From: Balanoglossus misakiensis
Taxonomy: Eukaryota; Animalia; Hemichordata
NCBI GenBank assembly: GCA_040954595.2
Contig: CM082579.2
Span: 13,207,834 to 13,271,833 of the forward strand
Direction: 5' to 3'
DNA length: 64,000 nucleotides
Under the pieces are notes generated by a model. That model ran no database searches and was not told where the DNA came from. It was given only the letters and a program-made list of their open reading frames with translations. The position numbers were made by a program, and so were the translations under genes. This document shows positions 38,701 to 52,300 of the stretch, piece after piece (the stretch's first letter is position 1; each line of letters starts with the position of its first letter).

Positions 38701-41700
38701 ACCAAACACTCAAAATTGATGGGCAGGATACTGTCCACTCTGGCCTTGTTACTGTCTGGCCTGGTTAATGTTGACGCAAAGGTCGACCCCACCAAACACT
38801 CAAAATTGATGGGCAGGATACTGTCCACTCTGGCCTTGTTACTGTCTGGCCTGGTTAATGTTGACGCAAAGGTTGACCCCACCAAACACTCGAAATTAAT
38901 GGGCAGAATACTGTCCACTCTGGTCTGGTTACTGTCTGGCCTGGTTACTGTTGACACAAAGGTTGACCCCACCAAACACTCAACATTAATGGGCAGGATA
39001 CTGTCCACTCTGGCCTTGTTACTGTCTGGCCTGGTTAATGTTGACGCAAAGGTTGACCCCACCAAACACTCAAAATTGATGGGCAGGATACTGTCCACTC
39101 TGGCCTTGTTACTGTCTGGCCTGGTTAATGTTGACGCAAAGGTCGACCCCACCAAACACTCAAAATTGATGGGCAGGATACTGTCCACTCTGGCCTTGTT
39201 ACTGTCTGGCCTGGTTAATGTTGACGCAAAGGTTGACCCCACCAAACACTCGAAATTAATGGGCAGAATACTGTCCACTCTGGTCTGGTTACTGTCTGGC
39301 CTGGTTAATGTTGACACAAAGGTTGACCCCACCAAACACTCAACATTAATGGGCAGGATACTGTCCACTCTGGCCTTGTTACTGTCTGGCCTGGTTAATG
39401 TTGACGCAAAGGTTGACCCCACCAAATACTTGAAATTCATGGGCAGAATACTGTCCACTCTACGCCTGGTTACTTTCAGGCCTGGTTAATGTTGACGCAA
39501 AGGTTGACCCCACCAAATACTTGAAATTCATGGGCAGAATACTGTCCACTCTGGTCAGGTTACTGTCTGGTCTGGTTAATGTTGACGCAAATGTTGACCC
39601 CACCAAACACTCGAAATTCATGGGCAGAATACTGTCCACTCTGGCCAGGATACTGTCTGGCCTGGTTAATGTTGACGCAAAGGTTGACCCCACCAGACAC
39701 TCAAAATTAATAGACAGTATACTGTCCACTCTGGCCAGGATACTGTCTGGCCTGGTTAATGTTGACACTCAAAATTAATGGACAGGATACTGTCCACTCT
39801 GGCCAGGATACTGTCTGGCCTGGTTAATGTTGACGCAAAGGTTGACCCCACCAGACACTCAAAATTAATAGACAGTATACTGTCCACTCTGGCCAGGATA
39901 CTGTCTGGCCTGGTTAATGTTGACACTCAAAATTAATGGACAGGATACTGTCCACTCTGGCCAGGATACTGTCTGGCCTGGTTAATGTTGACGCAAAGGT
40001 TGACCCCACCAAACACTCGAAATTAACGGGCAGAATACTGTCCACTCTGGCCTGGTTACTGTCTGGTCTGGTTAATGTTGACACAAGGTTGACCCCACCA
40101 GACACTCAAAATTAATGGACAGGATACTGTCCACTCTGGCCAGGATACTGTCTGGTCTGGTTAATGTTGACACAAGGTTGACCCCACCAAACACTCGAAA
40201 TTAATGGGCAGAATACTGTCCACTCTGGTCTGGTTACTGTCTGGCCTGGTTAATGTTGACACAAAGGTTGACCCCACCAAACACTCAACATTAATGGGCA
40301 GGATACTGTCCACTCTAGCCTTGTTACTGTCTGGCCTGGTTAATGTTGACGCAAAGGTTGACCCCACCAAATACTTGAAATTCATGGGCAGAATACTGTC
40401 CACTCTACGCCTGGTTACTTTCAGGCCTGGTTAATGTTGACGCAAAGGTTGACCCCACCAAATACTTGAAATTCATGGGCAGAATACTGTCCACTCTGGT
40501 CAGGTTACTGTCTGGTCTGGTTAATGTTGACGCAAAGGTTGACCCCACCAAACACTCGAAATTCATGGGCAGAATACTGTCCACTCTGGCCAGGATACTG
40601 TCTGGCCTGGTTAATGTTGACGCAAAGGTTGACCCCACCAGACACTCAAAATTAATAGACAGTATACTGTCCACTCTGGCCAGGATACTGTCTGGCCTGG
40701 TTAATGTTGACACTCAAAATTAATGGACAGGATACTGTCCACTCTGGCCAGGATACTGTCTGGTCTGGTTAATGTTGACACAAGGTTGACCCCACCAAAC
40801 ACTCGAAATTAATGGGCAGAATACTGTCCACTCTGGTCTGGTTACTGTCTGGCCTGGTTAATGTTGACACAAAGGTTGACCCCACCAAACACTCAACATT
40901 AATGGGCAGGATACTGTCCACTCTAGCCTTGTTACTGTCTGGCCTGGTTAATGTTGACGCAAAGGTTGACCCCACCAAATACTTGAAATTCATGGGCAGA
41001 ATACTGTCCACTCTACGCCTGGTTACTTTCAGGCCTGGTTAATGTTGACGCAAAGGTTGACCCCACCAAATACTTGAAATTCATGGGCAGAATACTGTCC
41101 ACTCTGGTCAGGTTACTGTCTGGTCTGGTTAATGTTGACGCAAAGGTTGACCCCACCAAACACTCGAAATTCATGGGCAGAATACTGTCCACTCTGGCCA
41201 GGATACTGTCTGGCCTGGTTAATGTTGACGCAAAGGTTGACCCCACCAGACACTCAAAATTAATAGACAGTATACTGTCCACTCTGGCCAGGATACTGTC
41301 TGGCCTGGTTAATGTTGACACTCAAAATTAATGGACAGGATACTGTCCACTCTGGCCAGGATACTGTCTGGCCTGGTTAATGTTGACGCAAAGGTTGACC
41401 CCACCAGACACTCAAAATTAATGGACAGGATACTGTCCACTCTGGCCAGGATACTGTCTGGCCTGGTTAATGTTGACGCAAAGGTTGACCCCACCAAACA
41501 CTCGAAATTAACGGGCAGAATACTGTCCACTCTGGCCTGGTTACTGTCTGGTCTGGTTAATGTTGGCGCAAAGGTTGACCCCACCAAACACTCGAAATTC
41601 ATGGGCAGAATACTGTCCACTCTGGCCAGGATACTGTCTGGCCTGGTTAATGTTGACGCAAAGGTTGACCTCACCAGACACTCAAAATTAATAGACAGGA

Positions 41701-41898
41701 TACTGTCCACTCTGGCCAGGATACTGTCTGGCCTGGTTGATGTTGACACTCAAAATTAATGGACAGGATACTGTCCACTCTGGCCAGGATACTGTCTGGC
41801 CTGGTTAATGTTGACGCAAAGGTTGACCCCACCAGACACTTAAAATTAATGGGCAGGATACTGTCCACTCTGGCCAGGATACTGTCTGGTCTGATTAA

Positions 41899-43396
41899 CA
41901 CTTTCACTGCGTAGTTAATATATGCTAATGTATTCCTGTGCGTAGTTTCCTATGGTAAATTTAACTAATAAACAATGTTTTACTTTACCCTCTCTATCTC
42001 TTGTAATATGAAAGTATATGCAATGATATTTCCAGCAAGTATATTTTATAAGACAACCAACATAATAAAACTGAAAAATGGTCACATGACCATTAATTGG
42101 TCATGTGACACTGGCAGCCATAATGGATTTCTGTCGAAATATGGTAAAAACAACAGATATTGTAATATAAGTGACTGAAATACTGTATTTAATTCATTGT
42201 ATCACAGCTGACAGACAAACATAGTCAAAAACAACTTCCCCCTGTATAAAAGGGAATAACAAGTGACTTTTGAGCAAGAAATTTGATCAAATTTATTAAT
42301 GGACCATAAAAACAATTATCAAATCATGCCCACCATTTACATGTATACATGTTTAAAATCTGAGAAAGAAATATAGATTATTAGTGAAAAGGTGAATGAT
42401 TGAACTTGTAAATAAATAATAATAATAAAATAAATTAATTAAGTAATTTATTAAATACTCTACGTTTTAATGAATTGCAAGTTGAAGAAATCAAGGTTGG
42501 TAAATATGAATATACACACATTTAAAAAAAATTCATTAGCATAGTACTGTTTTGGCAATTCATTTCAAATGGATATAATACTCTGACAACATAGACTTCT
42601 GGCAAAGTCCCATCAAGATTTGCAAAGAAACCTACGCCTTCATTTAATTCAGTGAAGTAGGCATCTAGCGAAATCTTGACCGGAAGGGCAACTCATCAAT
42701 TGCAGGGTTGTCAAAAAATTGTGCGGTGTACATATCAGTTTGCTCTGACAATGACATCAACTCAAACACATCACCAGGAAAGAACAGCTGAAAAAAGTCA
42801 ACCGGTGCAAAGTCATCAGTGTCAACTAATAAACCTTAGCGACGATCGTATACAGACAACCAGTCCGGTGTGTAATTGTCATTTACGTCATACAAAACCC
42901 ACCGCGTTTCACCATCAACGTTACGACGTCCGAGAACATGACAAAAACCCTCCCTCTCTCTCTGTCTCTACTCTGTTGTCTCCGTGTCTGGCTTCTATTT
43001 CTGGTTCTATGATGTTGTTGTCCGTAATTTGGCTTCCGCTATCGCTATGATCGCTGTCACTATCCTGAAAGACTTGTTCAAGAACTTTGTCGGCATCAAA
43101 CTTTGCCCATGTCGCCATTTTTAAATACCAAGTGAATGAAATAATATGATCGGGGCGACCTAAAATCAGCTGTATAAGGAAACCCTTTGATGACAAAATC
43201 GACTTGATTGTTTACAATACATATGCGCATGCTCAATTAGGGTTGACCCCTGTCCTATATATAGTCATACAAAATGAGTAAATAAGCAACGAACATAAAA
43301 TAGAACAGACCAAGTAACGGACGCGATCTTGGCGCATTTATGCGCCTCCCGCATTCTGACTGCCGGCGCAGAAAATGCCCTCCCGCAGCGAAAGTG
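41899..43396 (-). mobile_element. Internally deleted piggyBac transposon inserted in the satellite
   Basis: TTAA TSD at 41895-98 and 43397-400. The 13-bp TIRs CACTTTCACTGCG / CGCAGCGAAAGTG match at 12 of 13. A transposase remnant lies inside, and the monomer resumes exactly after the second TTAA. Confidence 0.93.
42575..43118 (-). pseudogene. piggyBac transposase N-terminal remnant with stops and a frameshift
   Basis: MATWAKFDADKVLEQVFQDSDSD (acidic N-terminus), then in another frame GLLVDTDDFAPVDFFQLFFPGDVFELM..QTDMYTAQFF..LPFRSRFR*MPTSLN*MKA*VSLQILMGL. This matches the piggyBac/PGBD pattern FxLFF...ETNxYA...W...EMKAF...xMG. The catalytic DDD core is missing. Confidence 0.85.
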
Positions 43397-46300
43397 TTAA
43401 TGTTGACGCAAAGGTTGACCCTACCAGACACTCAAAATTAATGGACAGGATACTGTCCACTCTGGCCTGGTTACTGTCTGGCCTGGTTAATGTTGACGCA
43501 AAGGTTGACCCTACCAGACACTCAAAATTAATGGACAGGATACTGTCCACTCTGGCCTGGTTACTGTCTGGCCTGGTTAATGTTGACGCAAAGGTTGAAC
43601 CCACCAAACACTCAAAATTAATGGACAGGATACTGTCCACTCTGGCCAGGATACTGTCTGGCCTGGTTAATGTTGACGCAAAGGTTGACCCCACCAAACA
43701 CTCGAAATTAACGGGCAGAATACTGTCCACTCTGGCCTGGTTACTGTCTGGTCTGGGTAATGTTGACACAAGGTTGACCCCACCAGACACTCAAAATTAA
43801 TGGACAGGATACTGTCCACTCTGGCCAGGATACTGTCTGGTCTGGTTAATGTTGACACAAGGTTGACCCCACCAAACACTCGAAATTAATGGGCAGAATA
43901 CTGTCCACTCTGGCCAGGATACTGTCTGGTCTGGTTAATGTTGACGCAAGGTTGACCCCACCAGACACTCAAAATTAATGGACAGGATACTGTCCACTCT
44001 GGTCAGGATACTGTCTGGCCTGGTTAATGTTGACGCAAAGGTTGACCCCACCAGACACTCAAAATTAATGGGCAGGATACTATCCACTCTGGCCAGGATA
44101 CTGTCTGGCCTGGTTAATGTTGACGCAAAGGTTGACCCCACCAGACACTCAAAATTAATGGACAGGATACTGTCCACTCTGGCCAGGATACTGTCTGGCC
44201 TGGTTAATGTTGACGCAAAGGTTGACCCCACCAGACACTCAAAATTAATGGACAGGATACTGTCCCCTCTGGCCAGGATACTGTCTGGCCTGGTTAATGT
44301 TGACGCAAAGGTTGACCCCACCAGACACTCAAAATTAATGGGCAGGATACTGTCCACTCTGGCCAGGATACTGTCTGGTCTGGTTAATGTTGACGCAAAG
44401 GTTGAGCCCACCAGACACTCAAAATTAATGGGCAGGATACTGTCCACTCTGGCCTTGTTACTGTCTGGCCTGGTTAATGTTGACGCAAAGGTTGACCCCA
44501 CCAAACACTTGAAATTCATGGGCAGAATAGTGTCCACTCTCCACCTGGTTCCTTTCAGGCCTGGTTAATGTTGACGCAAAGGTTGACCCCACCAAACACT
44601 CAAAATTGATGGGCAGGATACTGTCCACTCTGGCCTTGTTACTGTCTGGCCTTGTTAATGTTGACGCAAAGGTTGACCCCACCAGACACTTAAAATTAAT
44701 GGGCAGGATACTGTCCACTCTGGCCAGGATACTGTCTGGTCTGATTAATGTTGACGCAAAGGTTGACCCCACCAGACACTCAAAATTAATGGACAGGATA
44801 CTGTCCACTCTGGCCTGGTTACTGTCTGGCCTGGTTAATGTTGACGCAAAGGTTGAACCCACCAAACACTCAAAATTAATGGACAGGATACTGTCCACTC
44901 TGGCCAGGATACTGTCTGGCCTGGTTAATGTTGACGCAAAGGTTGACCCCACCAGACACTCAAAATTAATGGACAGGATACTGTCCACTCTGGCCTGGTT
45001 ACTATCTGGCCTGGTTAATGTTGACGCAAAGGTTGACCCCACCAAACACTCAAAATTAATGGACAGGATACTGTCCACTCTGGCCTGGTTACTGTCTGGC
45101 CTGGTTAATGTTGACGCAAAGGTTGACCCCACCAAACACTCGAAATTAATGGGCAGAATACTGTCCACTCTGGCCTGGTTACTGTCTGGCCTGGTTAATG
45201 TTGACGCAAAGGTTGACCCCACCAAACACTCAAAATTGATGGGCAGGATACTGTCCACTCTGGCCTTGTTACTGTCTGGCCTGGTTAATGTTGACGCAAA
45301 GGTCGACCCCACCAAACACTCAAAATTGATGGGCAGGATACTGTCCACTCTGGCCTTGTTACTGTCTGGCCTGGTTAATGTTGACGCAAAGGTTGACCCC
45401 ACCAAACACTCGAAATTAATGGGCAGAATACTGTCCACTCTGGTCTGGTTACTGTCTGGCCTGGTTAATGTTGACACAAAGGTTGACCCCACCAAACACT
45501 CAACATTAATGGGCAGGATACTGTCCACTCTGGCCTTGTTACTGTCTGGCCTGGTTAATGTTGACGCAAAGGTTGACCCCACCAAACACTCAAAATTGAT
45601 GGGCAGGATACTGTCCACTCTGGCCTTGTTACTGTCTGGCCTGGTTAATGTTGACGCAAAGGTTGACCCCACCAAATACTTGAAATTCATGGGCAGAATA
45701 CTGTCCACTCTACGCCTGGTTACTTTCAGGCCTGGTTAATGTTGACGCAAAGGTTGACCCCACCAAATACTTGAAATTCATGGGCAGGATACTGTCCACT
45801 CTGGTCAGGTTACTGTCTGGTCTGGTTAATGTTGACGCAAAGGTTGACCCCACCAAACACTCGAAATTCATGGGCAGAATACTGTCCACTCTGGCCAGGA
45901 TACTGTCTGGCCTGGTTAATGTTGACGCAAAGGTTGACCCCACCAGACACTCAAAATTAATAGACAGTATACTGTCCACTCTGGCCAGGATACTGTCTGG
46001 CCTGGTTAATGTTGACACTCAAAATTAATGGACAGGATACTGTCCACTCTGGCCAGGATACTGTCTGGCCTGGTTAATGTTGACGCAAAGGTTGACCCCA
46101 CCAGACACTCAAAATTAATGGACAGGATACTGTCCACTCTGGCCAGGATACTGTCTGGCCTGGTTAATGTTGACGCAAAGGTTGACCCCACCAAACACTC
46201 GAAATTAACGGGCAGAATACTGTCCACTCTGGCCTGGTTACTGTCTGGTCTGGTTAATGTTGGCGCAAAGGTTGACCCCACCAAACACTCGAAATTCATG

Positions 46301-49300
46301 GGCAGAATACTGTCCACTCTGGCCAGGATACTGTCTGGCCTGGTTAATGTTGACGCAAAGGTTGACCTCACCAGACACTCAAAATTAATAGACAGGATAC
46401 TGTCCACTCTGGCCAGGATACTGTCTGGCCTGGTTGATGTTGACACTCAAAATTAATGGACAGGATACTGTCCACTCTGGCCAGGATACTGTCTGGCCTG
46501 GTTAATGTTGACGCAAAGGTTGACCCCACCAGACACTTAAAATTAATGGGCAGGATACTGTCCACTCTGGCCAGGATACTGTCTGGTCTGATTAATGTTG
46601 ACGCAAAGGTTGACCCTACCAGACACTCAAAATTAATGGACAGGATACTGTCCACTCTGGCCTGGTTACTGTCTGGCCTGGTTAATGTTGACGCAAAGGT
46701 TGAACCCACCAAACACTCAAAATTAATGGACAGGATACTGTCCACTCTGGCCAGGATACTGTCTGGCCTGGTTAATGTTGACGCAAAGGTTGACCCCACC
46801 AGACACTCAAAATTAATGGACAGGATACTGTCCACTCTGGCCTGGTTACTATCTGGCCTGGTTAATGTTGACGCAAAGGTTGACCCCACCAAACACTCAA
46901 AATTAATGGACAGGATACTGTCCACTCTGGCCTGGTTACTGTCTGGCCTGGTTAATGTTGACGCAAAGGTTGACCCCACCAAACACTCGAAATTAATGGG
47001 CAGAATACGGTCCACTCTGGCCTGGTTACTGTCTGGCCTGGTTAATGTTGACGCAAAGGTCGACCCCACCAAACACTCAAAATTGATGGGCAGGATACTG
47101 TCCACTCTGGCCTTGTTACTGTCTGGCCTGGTTAATGTTGACGCAAAGGTTGACCCCACCAAACACTCGAAATTAATGGGCAGAATACTGTCCACTCTGG
47201 TCTGGTTACTGTCTGGCCTGGTTAATGTTGACGCAAAGGTTGACCCCACCAAACACTCAAAATTAATGGGCAGGATACTGTCCACTCTGGCCTTGTTACT
47301 GTCTGGCCTGGTTAATGTTGACGCAAAGGTTGACCCCACCAAACACTCAAAATTAATGGGCAGGATACTGTCCACTCTGGCCTTGTTACTGTCTGGCCTG
47401 GTTAATGTTGACGCAAAGGTTGACCCCACCAAATACTTGAAATTCATGGGCAGAATACTGTCCACTCTACGCCTGGTTACTTTCAGGCCTGGTTAATGTT
47501 GACGCAAAGGTTGACCCCACCAAATACTTGAAATTCATGGGCAGAATACTGTCCACTCTGGTCTGGTTACTGTCTGGTCTGGTTAATGTTGACGCAAAGG
47601 TTGACCCCACCAAACACTCGAAATTCATGGGCAGAATACTGTCCACTCTGGCCAGGATACTGTCTGGCCTGGTTAATGTTGACGCAAAGGTTGACCCCAC
47701 CAGACACTCAAAATTAATAGACAGTATACTGTCCACTCTGGCCAGGATACTGTCTGGCCTGGTTAATGTTGACACTCAAAATTAATGGACAGGATACTGT
47801 CCACTCTGGCCAGGATACTGTCTGGCCTGGTTAATGTTGACGCAAAGGTTGACCCCACCAGACACTCAAAATTAATGGACAGGATACTGTCCACTCTGGC
47901 CAGGATACTGTCTGGCCTGGTTAATGTTGACGCAAAGGTTGACCCCACCAAACACTCGAAATTAACGGGCAGAATACTGTCCACTCTGGCCTGGTTACTG
48001 TCTGGTCTGGTTAATGTTGACACAAGGTTGACCCCACCAGACACTCAAAATTAATGGACAGGATACTGTCCACTCTGGCCAGGATACTGTCTGGTCTGGT
48101 TAATGTTGACACAAGGTTGACCCCACCAAACACTCGAAATTAATGGGCAGAATACTGTCCACTCTGGCCAGGATACTGTCTGGTCTGGTTAATGTTGACG
48201 CAAGGTTGACCCCACCAGACACTCAAAATTAATAGACAGGATACTGTCCACTCTGGCCAGGATACTGTCTGGCCTGGTTAATGTTGACACTCAAAATTAA
48301 TGGACAGGATACTGTCCACTCTGGCCAGGATACTGTCTGGCCTGGTTAATGTTGACGAAAAGGTTGACCCCACCAGACAGTCAAAATTAATGGACAGGAT
48401 ACTGTCCACTCTGGTCAGGATACTGTCTGGCCTGGTTAATGTTGACGCAAAGGTTGACCCCACCAAACACTCAAAATTAATGGACAGGATACTGTCCACT
48501 CTGGCCTGGTTACTGTCTGGCCTGGTTAATGTTGACGCAAAGGTTGACCCCACCAAACACTCGAAATTCATGGGCAGAATACTGTCCTCTCTGGCCAGGA
48601 TACTGTCTGGCCTGGTTAATGTTGACGCAAAGGTTGACCCCACCAAACACTCGAAATTAATGGGCAGGATACTGTCCACTCTGGCCTTGTTACTGTCTGG
48701 CCTGGTTAATGTTGGCGCAAAGGTTGACCCCACCAAACACTCGAAATTCATGGGCAGAATACTGTCCACTCTGGCCAGGATACTGTCTGGCCTGGTTAAT
48801 GTTAACGCAAAGGTTGACCTCACCAGACACTCAAAATTAATAGACAGGATACTGTCCACTCTGGCCAGGATACTGTCTGGCCTGGTTAATGTTGACACTC
48901 AAAATTAATGGACAGGATACTGTCCACTCTGGCCAGGATACTGTCTGGCCTGGTTAATGTTGACGCAAAGGTTGACCCCACCAGACACTCAAAATTAATA
49001 GACAGTATACTGTCCACTCTGGCCAGGATACTGTCTGGCCTGGTTAATGTTGACACTCAAAATTAATGGACAGGATACTGTCCACTCTGGCCAGGATACT
49101 GTCTGGCCTGGTTAATGTTGACGCAAAGGTTGACCCCACCAGACACTCAAAATTAATGGACAGGATACTGTCCACTCTGGCCAGGATACTGTCTGGCCTG
49201 GTTAATGTTGACGCAAAGGTTGACCCCACCAAACACTCGAAATTAACGGGCAGAATACTGTCCACTCTGGCCTGGTTACTGTCTGGTCTGGTTAATGTTG

Positions 49301-52300
49301 ACACAAGGTTGACCCCACCAGACACTCAAAATTAATGGACAGGATACTGTCCACTCTGGCCAGGATACTGTCTGGTCTGGTAAATGTTGACACAAGGTTG
49401 ACCCCACCAAACACTCGAAATTAATGGGCAGAATACTGTCCACTCTGGCCAGGATACTGTCTGGTCTGGTTAATGTTGACGCAAGGTTGACCCCACCAGA
49501 CACTCAAAATTAATAGACAGGATACTGTCCACTCTGGCCAGGATACTGTCTGGCCTGGTTAATGTTGACACTCAAAATTAATGGACAGGATACTGTCCAC
49601 TCTGGCCAGGATACTGTCTGGCCTGGTTAATGTTGACGAAAAGGTTGACCCCACCAGACAGTCAAAATTAATGGACAGGATACTGTCCACTCTGGTCAGG
49701 ATACTGTCTGGCCTGGTTAATGTTGACGCAAAGGTTGACCCCACCAAACACTCAAAATTAATGGACAGGTACTGTCCACTCTGGCCTGGTTACTGTCTGG
49801 CCTGGTTAATGTTGACGCAAAGGTTGACCCCACCAAACACTCGAAATTCATGGGCAGAATACTGTCCTCTCTGGCCAGGATACTGTCTGGCCTGGTTAAT
49901 GTTGACGCAAAGGTTGACCCCACCAAACACTCGAAATTAATGGGCAGGATACTGTCCACTCTGGCCTTGTTACTGTCTGGCCTGGTTAATGTTGGCGCAA
50001 AGGTTGACCCCACCAAACACTCGAAATTCATGGGCAGAATACTGTCCACTCTGGCCAGGATACTGTCTGGCCTGGTTAATGTTAACGCAAAGGTTGACCT
50101 CACCAGACACTCAAAATTAATAGACAGGATACTGTCCACTCTGGCCAGGATACTGTCTGGCCTGGTTAATGTTGACACTCAAAATTAATGGACAGGATAC
50201 TGTCCACTCTGGCCAGGATACTGTCTGGCCTGGTTAATGTTGACGCAAAGGTTGACCCCACCAGACACTCAAAATTAATGGACAGGATACTGTCCACTTT
50301 GGTCAGGATACTGTCTGGCCTGGTTAATGTTGACGAAAAGGTTGACCCCACCAGACAGTCAAAATTAATGGACAGGATACTGTCCACTCTGGTCAGGATA
50401 CTGTCTGGCCTGGTTAATGTTGACGCAAAGGTTGACCCCACCAAACACTCAAAATTAATGGACAGGATACTGTCCACTCTGGCCTGGTTACTGTCTGGCC
50501 TGGTTAATGTTGACGCAAAGGTTGACCCCACCAAACACTCGAAATTCATGGGCAGAATACTGTCCTCTCTGGCCAGGATACTGTCTGGCCTGGTTAATGT
50601 TGACGCAAAGGTTGACCCCACCAAACACTCGAAATTAATGGGCAGGATACTGTCCACTCTGGCCTTGTTACTGTCTGGCCTGGTTAATGTTGGCGCAAAG
50701 GTTGACCCCACCAAACACTCGAAATTCATGGGCAGAATACTGTCCACTCTGGCCAGGATACTGTCTGGCCTGGTTAATGTTAACGCAAAGGTTGACCTCA
50801 CCAGACACTCAAAATTAATAGACAGGATACTGTCCACTCTGGCCAGGATACTGTCTGGCCTGGTTAATGTTGACACTCAAAATTAATGGACAGGATACTG
50901 TCCACTCTGGCCAGGATACTGTCTGGCCTGGTTAATGTTGACGCAAAGGTTGACCCCACCAGACACTCAAAATTAATAGACAGTATACTGTCCACTCTGG
51001 CCAGGATACTGTCTGGCCTGGTTAATGTTGACACTCAAAATTAATGGACAGGATACTGTCCACTCTGGCCAGGATACTGTCTGGCCTGGTTAATGTTGAC
51101 GCAAAGGTTGACCCCACCAGACACTCGAAATTAACGGGCAGAATACTGTCCACTCTGGCCTGGTTACTGTCTGGTCTGGTTAATGTTGACACAAGGTTGA
51201 CCCCACCAGACACTCAAAATTAATGGACAGGATACTGTCCACTCTGGCCAGGATACTGTCTGGTCTGGTTAATGTTGACACAAGGTTGACCCCACCAAAC
51301 ACTCGAAATTAATGGGCAGAATACTGTCCACTCTGGCCAGGATACTGTCTGGTCTGGTTAATGTTGACGCAAGGTTGACCCCACCAGACACTCAAAATTA
51401 ATAGACAGGATACTGTCCACTCTGGCCAGGATACTGTCTGGCCTGGTTAATGTTGACACTCAAAATTAATGGACAGGATACTGTCCACTCTGGCCAGGAT
51501 ACTGTCTGGCCTGGTTAATGTTGACGAAAAGGTTGACCCCACCAGACAGTCAAAATTAATGGACAGGATACTGTCCACTCTAGTCAGGATACTGTCTGGC
51601 CTGGTTAATGTTGACGCAAAGGTTGACCCCACCAAACACTCAAAATTAATGGACAGGATACTGTCCACTCTGGCCTGGTTACTGTCTGGCCTGGTTAATG
51701 TTGACGCAAAGGTTGACCCCACCAAACACTCGAAATTCATGGGCAGAATACTGTCCTCTCTGGCCAGGATACTGTCTGGCCTGGTTAATGTTGACGCAAA
51801 GGTTGACCCCACCAAACACTCGAAATTAATGGGCAGGATACTGTCCACTCTGGCCTTGTTACTGTCTGGCCTGGTTAATGTTGGCGCAAAGGTTGACCCC
51901 ACCGAACACTCGAAATTCATGGGCAGAATACTGTCCACTCTGGCCAGGATACTGTCTGGCCTGGTTAATGTTAACGCAAAGGTTGACCTCACCAGACACT
52001 CAAAATTAATAGACAGGATACTGTCCACTCTGGCCAGGATACTGTCTGGCCTGGTTAATGTTGACACTCAAAATTAATGGACAGGATACTGTCCACTCTG
52101 GCCAGGATACTGTCTGGCCTGGTTAATGTTGACGCAAAGGTTGACCCCACCAGACACTCAAAATTAATGGACAGGATACTGTCCACTTTGGTCAGGATAC
52201 TGTCTGGCCTGGTTAATGTTGACGCATAGGTTGACCCCACCAGACACTCAAAATTAATGGGCAGAATACTGTCCACTCTGGCCAGGATACTGTCTGGTCT

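Noticed and set aside
43241-43250. GGTTGACCCC shared by the piggyBac and the satellite monomer, suggesting a TE origin of the satellite
   Set aside because: A single 10-mer match between 1.5 kb and 90 bp is plausible by chance, and there is no extended similarity.
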